Positions 12,986-25,360 of a stretch of DNA of 64,000 nucleotides are shown one piece after another. Origin of the DNA: Vezdaea acicularis. Lineage: Eukaryota. The position numbers and the translations under genes were made by a program. Each line of letters starts with the position of its first letter. The first letter of the stretch is position 1. The stretch spans positions 62,001-126,000 of the forward strand of contig JAPEUI010000039.1 of the NCBI GenBank assembly GCA_026025075.1, written 5' to 3'. The notes below the pieces were generated by a model that was not told the DNA's origin, made no database searches, and saw only the letters and a list, made by a program, of their open reading frames with translations.

Positions 12986-14278
12986 CTTGAAAGTCCTGTA
13001 TCATACTCGGGGCTTGAGCGAGCAAAGGAGGAGCTGCCATTGTCATTATTAGCTAAGGCAACCTGATGTAGCTGCCAGCACACGGTCTTGAGATATGCAT
13101 GGTCTTAGGCAAGGTGCGGAGAAGATGAGGAGAAAAAAAGGAAAGTGCATCATACACGCATGGCATCGGCGAACGGGGTTGATCACACTTACGAGCTTGA
13201 TCTCGTCGGGGGTTCGTGGTATATGTGTTAACGAGGCGCTCGAAAGGGAATGGTGGATGGGACGGCGTGGTGGGTATTGGCTGGAATGTCTGGTGCAGCG
13301 GCAGTGAAGGTGCCGGACGCATGATGATGATGTGGGAACGGTAAGGGAAGGGGAGGGGAGGCAGAGGGAGCGCTCGGACCCTCAGATGGGGGGAGGAGAG
13401 GTCCGGCACCCGTTCACGGGCTACTTCTTAGGGTTGTCCGCAATGGTGAACTGCGTCGACGAGGGGGAGAGGGCTCGCCGGCTCGCGTCAAAGGAAGCCA
13501 GCCCTAGCAAATCGCGGGCACGTTTTCCAGATGGCTTCCCCACAACGGGCCCCCCACCCCGCGCCTCCCCCTCCGTTATGATGCAACGGTCTTAGCGCGG
13601 ATCCGGGCAATCTCGCGACTTCGCTTCCAGGGACCACGTCGACTTCGCTATCGCGCCGGCTCCTCCGTCGCGTTTAGAGCGGATCGCTGGGAAATGTGCA
13701 TGTGCGTGCGCATGCGCGTGCGCGTGCGTCTGTGGGTGCGGAGGTGAAGGACGGCACGAGCAGGTGTCAAGCTGAAGGGAACGGGGAAGGGAAGTTGTCG
13801 AACGCGTGGATCATGAGGCTGCAGATCCACTATGACACGCATGACGCCCTGGCAGATCTCGCCTCCACATGAACCTCAACGAGACGTCCCGAGGAGTTTA
13901 CGACGAACGGTGCAACTCCCGAATGGTTCTTTACTCTAGGCTAAAATTGATGCGTGGTCCAACATGTCAACTTCATAACGGCCCCGCAACATGTTTGGAC
14001 AACCCTTGCGGTACTTGCTGGCAGCGCCCATGCGCCTGGAATCAGAGAATCTTGACGTGGACGCTTTGAAAACTGCCTACTGCCAAGCGCAGATCCAGGT
14101 CTCGTATGATTTCCAATCGTCAGCCTCATCGATCAGGTTGACTACACGCCCCCCAATATGACTTTGCAAAGGTAGGCACTTCTCGTAGCACTTCTCGAAG
14201 AGCTCTGTGGTGCCTCGAACCAAATTATGGTACATTCAATCCAAAACAATACCCCATCGTTGGACCATCCCCCAATGT

Positions 14279-16322
14279 TCAAGCTCTCCACCTTCCTTTA
14301 CCACCCCCGAGCTGGTCATGATCGTAGCCCGTTCCATGCTGTGGTTGTTGAGCAGGCAACCCCGGTCGATAGTCATTTGGATAATCGCCCTGATCTCTTG
14401 GAAGTACCTGCACAAATGGAGGCGGAGGCGGAGGAGGAGGCTGGCCTTGCCATGCGCTTGAAGGCCCGAAGTGAGACACTGATCCTTGCCAATTGGTCGG
14501 ACTTTGGAGATTGTAAGGGGAGCTCGCAGGGAATGGCGGCGGAGGATACGGTGCCGCCTGCTGGTATGGCTGATTGGTCACAGAGGCGGGGAGCATGTGA
14601 GGCGGTAGCGGTGGGAGAGGCCACTGTCCACCTGGTGGAGGCGGCGGAGGTAAAGGAAGTCCACCAGCAACAGGAGGGAATCCAACTCCAAATTGGCCAG
14701 GGAACGGCGGAGGCGCTGACGCCTGAGTAAATTGACCAGGGTGTTGCTGGCTGAGAGGTTGTGGATAAGGGGAGGAAGCAGACAGATGCATTTGCCGCGC
14801 TGGAGGATGTAATCTATCTGGTGGACCACGCGAACCTGATCGAGATCGATTGCGATATGGCGAACGAGAGCGCGTTCGAGATTGAGAAGACTGTCTCGGG
14901 TGACGGTATGGAGATCGACTGATTGAATTGGAGCGTGAACTGGAACGAGAATGTGAGCGAGAGCGAGAGCGAGACCGGCTTCTATATGACCGACGACTAC
15001 GTCGAGCGGGTGGTGATGCAGAGTGGCTTCTCGGCGATCGTGGGGATCGCTGAAAACGTGGACGTGGAGAGTGACGTTTCGAGTCGTTGTAGCCTCCGGT
15101 ACTCTCGCGTCTTGGAGAACGTTCTAATCTTTGAAGCCCTGTACTTCCGTTTCTAAGCGCGAGGTATCTTGAACTTCTCTCTCGATGTGGAGATGGCGTT
15201 CTGCTTGAATCATCCGATTGACCTCGTCCATCGTCGGAGAGGTTTCCAAGCCTTCTCCTCCTGTTCTTGGTTCGTTCACAGAAATCTTTAGACCAGCCGT
15301 AGTATGCTTCCAGTTTCTTCAGTTCTCCAGTAGACTTATCGCGTACGGCTGGCTGGCCCATGGGATCGATGTCAATCATGATCCCTTCGTCCTCATGAAG
15401 ATAGGGCTGATAAATGTCATTCACATCTTTGAGAAGACACTTGACGGCCGTAATAAGAGTAGCATCAGCGGGGCCAGCTAGAAGCTTCAGGGGTTTCAAC
15501 TCTCGGGTATTGATAGGAGCTGAGGGATCCGGGATAATGTGGGGCATCAAGGTAGCTGCTGGCAAATCATACCAAGGGGTCGAAAACTCGCCGTGGTAGG
15601 TTGGTACGAGAAAAGGGGCATCTTGCCCTAACTTTGGTCCTTCTAGGTTGCGACTGCTCGCCCCCTCATCCTTGGTGCTTAAGCTTTGTTTTGAGACCCG
15701 TGATGCCCTTGATCTCTCCCTTAGCTCTGCGATGAAGACAGGGGTGAAGAAGCTGTTTTTCAGCCATAGGTCGAGGACTGTGTTGAGTTTCGAGTGATGC
15801 TTGGGGCTATTCTCGAAAGAACCTGTTGATTCGAAGAGTGCTGGTAAGCTCGAACGGAGTTCTGCAAACAAAGGAGCATCTGTGGATAGTAAGGGCGGGT
15901 TTCCCAGTCGAAATAAGTGATAAAAAACGTCATGTATGAGGTAGATGATGTGCAGGCGCTTCCTTTTGACGGATGGCTTCGACAAGCCTACCCCTACAGG
16001 CGAATTCTCTTTCGGCTTGAAGGACTGCGAAAGCGCAACCAGATATTTCCCCAAGGCCGAACACCTTCTTTGCGAGTGCACGATATATTGGACAATCCAG
16101 CGCTTACATTTCTACCCTCGCCAACTATGTTTAGCTCTCGCCTTAATCTCCGACAAGGACATCTGGTCAAACCTGGATATTGCTCGGCGAGCACTGGGCT
16201 ATAGCTGTATCTAATGACGAATGAAGTTCTGCAATTTGCTGTCTAGCTACCGGATCCGGATCCGCTCTTAGCAAAGCAGCAGCGAAAGACGCCTTGGCTA
16301 TTGTAAGCTGGTGAGACGCCAT
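14279..16322 (-). CDS. CID (RNA Pol II CTD-interacting)-like domain protein with RS-rich and Pro-rich tail
   Basis: MASHQLTIAKASFAAALLR start, RKRLHIIYLIHDV, WYDLPAA and YYGWS motifs, SRSRSR tract; one intron near 16170-16247. Confidence 0.8.
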
Positions 16323-16704
16323 ATGGTGGGGGTTTGATCAAATTTTGAGAGATCATAATTCAATGCCGAAGCAGTTGAAAGAACGGGGAAAGTTTAAGAA
16401 GGTCTGATCATGCTTGGCGAGAACCAGCGAGCGCTACAGTAGGGGTGCTCTCGTCTGGCCAGTCGCGTGGTGCGCAGGCAGGGGTATGATACCGCCCAGA
16501 GACACAACGCGATGCTTCTCTTTTGCATTCAAGTTCGAGCTGCCTGTTGCTTGTAGTTTCCGTCGTGCTTGAGATGCGCCTATGCAGCTGGCTCCCTCTG
16601 AGTCTCTGAAAAGGAATGGAGGCATGACCGCCGCCATTAGGACACCTTTGTTGTGAACCTCCTCCATGAAGGTGAACCTATCCGCTGCTAGATATTACAC
16701 TATG

Positions 16705-16734
16705 GCATCGGCATCAGCATCAGCATCAGCATCA
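16705..16734. repeat. (GCATCA)n hexamer microsatellite, ~5 copies
   Basis: gcatcg gcatca gcatca gcatca gcatca. Confidence 0.8.
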
Positions 16735-17528
16735 ACATTGCAGTCATTCAATTGCAAAAAAAATGTGCTTTCCGTTTGCAGGTGACTTCACCTGGTTGGC
16801 CCCAACCACGTCAAACCTCCTTCATAACCATGATAGCCAGTATATTTTCTATGACAATGGAATTCATGTCCGTGATAAACTTGCTAATATCCAAACATCT
16901 TCTCACCGCCACTCCTGGGACCATAGATCATATTACATGTGAGAGGTCCATTCCACTTCGAGGTGATGGGTATATTAGCAAGCTTGAGAGGGTGCTGGCA
17001 CATAGGTATGCCTTGTATAAGCTATTCGAAAGTAACGAAGCCTTATGAGTTAAAGGCGACATGTAACGGAAACTCGGAAAATAGGGGTAAGTTCCTGCTG
17101 CGCGGTATTGGTAAGGCGTTGGCTATAAAGCAGACAACAGCGCCGTCAGATCTAGTCGCAGCAACTAGGTAGAGACTGCAGAACTCAGTGAAACCCAGAC
17201 AAGGTCTGAAGATTGGCCAAGGCTTTATCGTTAAACAAGAGAGTTGTGCAGCGCCGACATTGCAGATAATGCTAGAAAATCGATCGATAGAATCACGCTT
17301 CATTGCGGTATGAATAGATATTATATCATTGGCTTAGTGAAATTTGGAAGAGCACGCTACGAATGTAAAGCAAAGCTAACCTACGTCATAGTACAAACGC
17401 TTCGCTATATAAGAATCGCGGGGCACAGAGACTTGACGTGTATTCACCAAAGGCGGAGTACGCGCCCCTGACATACTACTTCCCACCTGCAGCTCTCTAT
17501 TAGATACCGGTAGGCTTGCGAAGAAAAC

Positions 17529-18953
17529 TTAACGACGACCATGGCTTCGTACAGCGCTGCCTTGCATTGACTCAAGCTCACCTTCAAGTTGTTTGATAGC
17601 TGCGTGAGTACTTTCAAGATCCTTGTTCAGACGGTCTCTCTCGGAGATCAACTTCTGCTCCCACTGTCTAAACCTATGCTCCTCAATCTTAACCTGCTCG
17701 GTGAAGCGCTTCCTTAAGCTCTCTTCCTCTTCCTTGAACTTCGGATTATCCAGCTTCCTTGGTCTCGCTTCACCAAATTTGCGGGTCTCCATTTGCTGCG
17801 CACGATAGGCCTCGTAGTGCATTTCCTCGGTCGTATGGATCAGGTCGAGCATATGAGTACGGATGAGGATGGAGCGAAGCTTCTTGAAATCACAGTGATC
17901 CTCATTCTCGACTTCAGCGACACCCCATGAGTATTGTCGGCCCTTGACAATTCGACCATCACTCGTCTTCACATCTTTCTCTGATCCAATAACGGCGAAA
18001 GGCATAGCAGCCATAAGAGAGCGAGCATGTTGGGCGGCCGCTTCATCGTCCTCTTCGAGGGGTGGCTGGTAGATCTTGATGCCCTGAGCCTCAACAACGG
18101 CTCGAATCTAGATACATTTTAGCTTCATATAAGGAATCAAGAAGGGGTTTGAAGTACTCTTTGCTTGAACTTCGCAAGGTCAATAGGGCTTAGCGTGTCT
18201 GCCTTAGCTACGACGGGGATGAGGTTGACTCTGGAGCTAAGCCTTTTCATCACCTCAATATCAAGGGGCTTCAAGGTATGTCCAGTAGGGCGTATGAAAT
18301 ACAAGCAAGCGTGTACGCGAAGGTCAATCTTGTCTACTCGCTTTGGTTGTTGCTCTTGCAACATATAGGATTCATGCTGATCATCGAGGAATTCAATTAT
18401 TGGCATCCACGAATCCCGATTGTTGACGTAGTCGCCAAATCCAGGGGTATCAATAACGGTCAGACGGACTTTTGTATGTCAGGAAAGGTGTCTCTTGAAT
18501 TGTTGGTTTGATTACCTTTAAAGAACTTCTCTTCAAGCTCCGCCTTAGTGATCTCGATCTCAACGGTCTTGTCAACTTGTTTTGCGTGACGACGTTTGTG
18601 GTCGGCGTAATTCTTGATGGTCGTTGAGAAAAGAGTATTGATGAAAGTGGTCTTGCCCAATCCAGATTCACCAGCAACCTAAGTCATGGTAAGCTGAGTA
18701 CAAATATTATTGATAGTTTGGTATTCGTACCATGATTGTGAAAGCGGCCCCTCTCTTTGCAACAATTTTGTGCCTTTAAGGTGTCAACCTTTTGGAACTC
18801 TCATTTCTCAGTGACCAGTATACGAACCTTTGATTTGGCAACTAAAGGAAGGGAGTTAGTGGCTTGATCGTTGGCAATAGGATAGCTTCCGCTTGCAGAA
18901 CTTACATTTGCTATCCCGATTGGGGACGCGGACTCTACCGTAGCTGGCGCCAT
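17529..18953 (-). CDS. CDC12: Septin Cdc12/AspC/Spn4, multi-exon with a 14-nt micro-exon at 18828-18841
   Basis: IGIANLPNQRHKIVAKRG, GESGLGKTT, DTPGFGD, AKAD, GRQYSWG, C-terminal coiled coil. Confidence 0.93.
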
Positions 18954-19313
18954 TGTGGAAGATTATGTGGATGCAGGTTGAGTATGTCAAGTGTATTTGC
19001 GAGGGTGAACTCAATGGTGAACGTTGATCGAGGTCGATAATGCAAAGGCGGCTTCTGGTTAATTGTGCGGCTGCGTAAGGGGCACTTTCTGAATAAGGTT
19101 CTTTCCCATGGGCTCGCTTAAAACTGACCTGATCCTTTCTCAAAAAGGGATAACTTGGCGTGCTCGGTAGAGACATCACGTGGAACTATACTCGGCAAGG
19201 AAATACATTGTCCGGTCGTCAAAATACCCGAAATATCTCGAAATAATATCCTGCGGATAGTTTGGAGATCTTTAGGAGAGATATAATGAGCAGGTTGTTG
19301 TCTGATTTGGAGA

Positions 19314-22204
19314 ATGAAGACGGAGTTTAAGGTAAACTGGGAGAGGAACTGAATGAAACTGTACAAACTAATTTTTGTGAGTTCTCTAACCTTTTAGGAA
19401 CCGTGTATTGCAAAGGGAACATCCTCTTCACACCAGATGGCGACAGTCTTATTTCGCCGGTGGGAAACAGAGTCTCAGTCTTTGACCTTGTGAAGTGCTT
19501 AATTACTCCTCCAAGCTGAGGAAAATACATTCTGATCAAATGTACAGTAATAAATCATGCACCCTCCCATTCGCGCATCGCAAAAATATCTCCCAATTGG
19601 CCTTGACTCCGCAAGGGAACCTTCTACTTTCGATCGACGAAGATGGAAAGGCAATCCTAACTAACTTACCTCGACAAATTGCACTATATCACTTCTCATT
19701 CACAGGGTCAATATCAGCCTTAGCATTTTCACCCTCTGGTCGGCACTTCGCTGTCGGGTTTGGACGGTTTGTTGAGGTGTGGCAGACACCCTCAACTCCG
19801 GACTCTAACGCCAATGGAGAGTTGAGGTATGCGCCTTTCGTAAAGCATAGATCATATGCGGGGCATTTCGATCAAGTCAGAAGTCTTGAGTGGTCAAGAG
19901 ACTCGAGGTTCATACTTAGTGCGGCCAGGGACTTGACCGCGCGGATATGGAGCTTGAATCCGGAGGAAGGCTTCGTACCAACAACTCTGGCAGGCCATAG
20001 GGAGGCGGTCTTGGGGGCGTGGTTTTCAGAGGACCAAGAAGCCGTATATACAGTTAGCCGAGATGGTGCATTGTTTGAGTGGTTCTATGCGCCAGGACTT
20101 CGCGTTAAAACGAGTGAAGCAGGGATGGATTCTGAAGATATCGAGGCCCAGACGAGGTGGAGAATTAAGGAAAAACATTTCTTTTTGCAGAACAACGCAA
20201 AAGTGACTTGCGCTGTATTTCACTCAGAATCAAATCTGTTCGTTGTGGGCTTCTCCACTGGCAACTTTTGTCTGTATGAAATGCCAGATTTCAATTTAAT
20301 ACATAATCTGAGGTAAGAATTGAATCACTAAGGATATACTTTGCTGATCTATAGCAGTATATCCCAAAACGATATAGATTTTGTAGCCATTAACAGAAAG
20401 GCTGAATGGCTTGCGTTTGGAGCTTCCAAGCTAGGTCAACTTCTAGTGTGGGAATGGCAATCGGAGTCATACATCCTGAAACAGCAAGGTCACTATGACT
20501 CCCTGAATACTCTGACATATTCTCCGTCAGGTTCACAGGTCGTTACATGTGCCGACGACGGTAAAATAAAGCTTTGGGATGTAGCTTCAGGTTTCTGCAT
20601 TGTCACCTTTACAGAGCATAGCTCTGGTGTCACGGCGTGTGGATATGCCAAGCGCGGTAACGTACTTTTCACGGCTTCATTAGACGGATCGATAAGAGCC
20701 TGGGACCTCATTCGCTACCGAAACTTTAGAGTATTTACAGCGCCCACAAGGCTATCCTTCAATGCTCTTGCGGTGGATCCATCTGGGGAGGTGGTTTGTG
20801 CTGGATCCATGGATTCGTTTGACATACATATTTGGAGCGTGCAAACAGGCCAATTGCTGGACCAACTGTCGGGACATGAAGGTCCAGTATCTTCTCTGGC
20901 TTTCTCTCCTAACGGCGATGTACTTGTTAGTGGAAGCTGGGATCACACTGTGCGAATATGGTCCGTCTTTGCGCGGAACCAATCGTCCGAGCCTATACAG
21001 CTCCAGGCTGATGTACTATGTGTTGCGTTCCGACCGGACGGACTTCAAATCGCCGTATCAACGTTAGACGGACAATTGACCTTTTGGTCCATCGAAGAGA
21101 CTTCGCAAGTTGCTGGCTTGGATGGGAGACGAGATGTTTCAGGGGGAAGAAAGCTGACAGACCGCCGGTCAGCAGCAAACGCTGTAGGGACCAAACATTT
21201 CAGTACTATAACTTATAGCGGAGACGGTACCTGCGTTCTTGCTGGAGGTAATAGTAAGTATATCTGTTTGTACGACTGTCTATCCGGTACTCTCGTCAAA
21301 AAGTACACCGTTAGCATCAACCTTTCGCTTTCAGGAACGCAAGAGTTCTTGAATTCACAGCTTATCACCGAGGCAGGACCAGATGGTCTTCTTGACGGAG
21401 AAGGGGAGGCTTCTGATCTTGAGGAAAGGATTGACCGAAGCTTACCTGGAACCATGAGAGGTGATCTGAGTGCCCGAAAACATCGTGCTGAAGTTAGAGT
21501 TCCAGGTGTAGCGTTTTCTCCGACCGGTAGATCGTTTTGCACTGCAACGACTGAAGGTCTATTGATCTATAGCCTGGATGACATGATCCACTTCGATCCT
21601 TTCGATTTAGATGTTGCCGTAACTCCTAAGAATATCGTCGATACCTTAGAAGAGAAGCAATTTCTTCGAGCTCTAGTGATGGCATTTCGGCTGAATGAGC
21701 GGCACCTGCTCAGAAAAATCTACGAAGGTATACCCGTTGTGGATATTCGAATCGTGGCAAAAGAATTACCTACTGCGTACGTAGGAAGGCTCCTAAGATG
21801 GGTAGCTCAAATGACCGAGGAAAGCCCACATCTAGAGTTCAATCTACTTTGGATTGAAGCAGTCGTCTCAAATCATGGGCAATGGATCCAAGCGAACCAG
21901 TCTACACTTGATGCAGAATTAAGGGCTGTGGCGCGGGCAATTAGTCGGATCCAGGCCGAGCTTACCCGATTGTGAGTATTGTCATGCCCAATTTCAGAAC
22001 TTATGCAAACGCTTATCTCTTTCACTTAGAGCTGAGGAAAACACCTACATGATCGACTATCTAGCTTCGAAGCCGTTAGCTGATGTTAACAGCAAACAGC
22101 GATTGATCGACCAAAACGCCTTTTCTGAGAGTAAGTCTAATGGCATCACAAGCATGGAGCTGGATAGCGATGATGAGAATGGATGGGTTGGTTTGGGCAA
22201 TTAA
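19314..22204 (+). CDS. PWP2: Periodic tryptophan protein 2 / Utp1, SSU processome; introns 19332-19381, 19495-19547, ~20313-20355, ~21972-22029
   Basis: MKTEFK|FSNLLGTVYC start, LGQLLVWEWQSESYILKQQGH, AWDLIRYRNFR, Utp12-type C-terminus. Confidence 0.96.
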
Positions 22205-22609
22205 GATAACCAATCCGTTGACTTTATGCACGAGTGGCGTCTTGCATCCGGGATGAGGTGAATTGTATGAGTTATCTAACAGGGTATTGCGCGATACCTT
22301 TGGTATTCGGCTATTTTGAAGATCCTGCTTAAGGAGTGGCGCACTGAAAATAGACTTGCACCGGGCCTTATGAAGTCAATGAATTCGCGATTGATGAAGA
22401 CTGTTGGTACTAAGGGCAAGGGGAAGTTTGGGGGGATATGTTATTTCGAGAAAACCGAATGGCAGGAATGCTACTGTAGTTGGGATGCTTACCCGCTTCA
22501 GCCCCTATCAGCGGACCACGTGCAAAGACCGGTAGGTAGCCCTGCGTCTCACCTTTCAGCTACGCAAGCTCGTCACTGCTATCTTACACATCTTGTGCGC
22601 GGTTTGAAT

Positions 22610-24180
22610 ATGGCCTCGAGTGATTTCTCCCTCGATTCCACAAACATGCAGATGTCCCTCTCAACTAGTACACAAGATAGGTAAGGCCCGATCTTTTTTG
22701 CTGTATCGGAAAGCACTGAGACTGATCACAAAATGCCGACAGTAGGGCCTCTACTATCCAGAAGATAGAGAACATGATCGAAGGTGTCCTTAATGGAGTA
22801 ATTGAAGATCGTGAACAACTGTCATTTACCTTGGGCTGTCGGAATAGATCCGACCACCATGCAATGGACGCAAGCATCGGAGTAAGTAGTGCGAGGGAGA
22901 AAGCTCAGACAAGGACCATATCTTTCCCAGGCAAGACCCCGAAGCAAGCCTGGCACTTCAGTACGTCGTATTGCAAATTGGTAGCTTTTAGAATGAAATT
23001 TAATCCGGCTCGTGCAGCCGTTATCATGCGTATTTTGGAACTTATACACGAGGCACTGATCAACGACGTGACAACGACAAAGAGGTAGCGTAACTGGGAG
23101 TTTCTGCGACCTGTAGAGGATGCTGATCAAGGCAAAAAAGAGACATTTTCTACAAGGACACTGAGCTATTCATTCGGCAGAGCATTGTGGATCGTTATGT
23201 GGATGATCTGGCTCTTACGTTCGGTACCAACAGACAGTCCTTAAATGTGGTACGTCGTACCCTCTTGCATTGTTGCTCCGTGTTCTGACCGGCGAGCCTT
23301 CTATATAGACCGCCAGCGCCAAAGGACTGATTATCGGCGTTGCTAAGATCAGGCGCTGGGACGGGACCCACAACGACTGCTCCCTAGATATTGCTGTTAG
23401 TTTCCATTATTCCAAGTCTTACCACGATAATGCTGGGCTTACTTGCGAGGAATCTTTAAATGCAGGGAATGTTAGTCCCAAATAGCAAAGATGTTCTTTC
23501 TGTGAATATCTCAGAAGCAAAATGGATCCTGATTGTTGAGAAAGAGGCACGCATGATTTACGGGTTATTTAGGCCATTACTAATTTGGGTTCATAGGCAA
23601 CTTTCCACGCTCTTGCTTCCAGTAGCTTCTGGAGGAAGTCCATAAATGGGAAAGGGGCAATAATAACGGTACTAGAAAAAACCTGATAGTTTTTGGGTAA
23701 TGCTAATGAAGTTCCTTGTAGGCCAAAGGCTATCCGGATATATCTACCCGATCCTTTCTCCGCATGATGACGAATGCAACGTCAGTCCCTTGTTTTATGC
23801 TTGTCGATTATGACCCTGATGGTATTGGTATCTTGTCAAATTACAAACATGGGTCAGTAAACCTCGCCCACGAAAATGCAAATCTCAATGCTCCAAGCGT
23901 CCGCTGGCTTGGCCTTCATGGTTCCGATGTGCACGCCATATCGGAGAATGTTCAAGGCCACGGCCTCGTCCCGCTTACTTTGAAAGATCGTAAGAAAGCT
24001 CTGGGCATGCTAAAGAAAGGCGTTGCAGCGGAAGGAGGTATTGAACCGGAATGGAGGAACGAGTTGCAAGCCATGTTGGTGCTCAACATGAAGGCTGAGA
24101 TGCAAGTTATGAGAGGATGCGATATGGGTGGGTTTGAAGGTTGGCTTGATAGAAAAATGGAGCGAGCAATGGAAACGTGA
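22610..24180 (+). CDS. SPO11: Meiotic topoisomerase VI-A-like transesterase Spo11, 8 exons
   Basis: Spliced TTKR|DIFYKD (catalytic Tyr), TASAKGL, IVEKE|ATF, AKGYPD, Toprim DYDPDG, KAEMQ; reading frame intact. Confidence 0.93.
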
Positions 24181-24459
24181 AGCCTTGTTGCTTTCCTTAT
24201 TATATTGTACAGAAGAGCCATGCTTCATCGCTCTGCGGAAAGACTCTATCTTCGTCCAACCCTGATTTGGGGTTTGGCCGGATGAGAAATGGACTAGAGA
24301 ACGGGACTGGAAAATACTAATGATTTTCCTGCTGTTTTGTGCTTAAAACTCTTTGTAGCATGCTTGTGATGAAATCTACTTGCCTGCAGCTTAGTCCCTT
24401 AATAAAATTCAAGCCACCAACTCCAGTAGGGAAAGAATGCTAGATGAATTCGCAGCAAG

Positions 24460-25031
24460 TCACAAGCCTAAACCTTTCCTCACATTTTCTCTTACGATTC
24501 TCTCATAATCTGATCTCTTTTCCCTCCACATCTTCGCAGCCTCTACATTCGCCGGGCTCTCGTCGTTCGGCTCCGCGAGCATACTCATTACCGATACGAG
24601 GATCTTCTCTACTGACTGGATTGGTGACCAACGTTCCGAAGCTTTTTCATAGTGGTTTGGGTCATCTCCAGGTGGATGTAATATAGATATGCACACAAGT
24701 CCGCTAGGATATACTATTTACTGAGTCAGATGCTAGAGTTCATCGATGACATATATGTGGACGTTACTTGATGGGGGATCTTACCATTGGGATGCCACAT
24801 TTCGCACGTAAAGCGCATTGTCGGTGGCGCAAGTGGATAATCCTTGGGGAAGATGAGGTCTGCAGGGAAGATGCCGCCTTCAAACGGTGTGCCCTCAGGA
24901 CCCTGTATTAAAGCTTCCCACTCGAAGAGCGAGTCTTCTGTTTTGGGCCCCGCGAGGATACCATCCGGTGGATCTGTGGAAAGTAGCCGGTAGTCATGAA
25001 GCAATCGCTTTTGTGCGGTTGAAGTGGCCAT
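24460..25031 (-). CDS. UBC7: Ubiquitin-conjugating enzyme E2 Ubc7/UBE2G; intron ~24714-24784
   Basis: [14 protein letters not shown], active site [17 protein letters not shown] with acidic loop, [13 protein letters not shown]. Confidence 0.95.
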
Positions 25032-25129
25032 GACCATAGAAGGGGGAATGCGAAGGCTGGGCTTACTTTTATGCAAGATGTCTCAGTAGATGTTTTGGGA
25101 GTGGGGTGTCAACGCTTCGGTAATTTACC

Positions 25130-25360
25130 GAGGCCTCCGAAGTCTAGAATTCTCCATGAACGGACGTGAGGTTTGTAGAAAACCCGAGGTCTAATTCCTT
25201 GACAAGGTAGACGATGATCAAGTATGTGCCTGCGAAGACAATGAACGCTTTTCCATGGTGGTTGAAAAGCGATGCGTCATTATATATGAACCTATGGAAT
25301 AAGCAGCTCTTTCCCACCCCCGCATTGCATAATTGCAATGCTGAGTTGACATCTTAATAC
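25130..25360 (-). pseudogene. Degenerate Ras-superfamily small GTPase fragment
   Basis: LSIAIM(frameshift)NAGVGKSCLFHRFIYND G1-like segment and a downstream ILDFGG G3-like segment in another frame; no G4/G5 seen. Confidence 0.45.

Noticed and set aside
13428..13436. CAACCCTAA (minus strand) as a telomerase template
   Set aside because: The interval is only ~1.2 kb and reads as the leader/promoter of the ACT gene; a short match is expected by chance
16400..17500. Short ORFs between the CID gene and the septin
   Set aside because: No recognisable motifs or coherent exon structure
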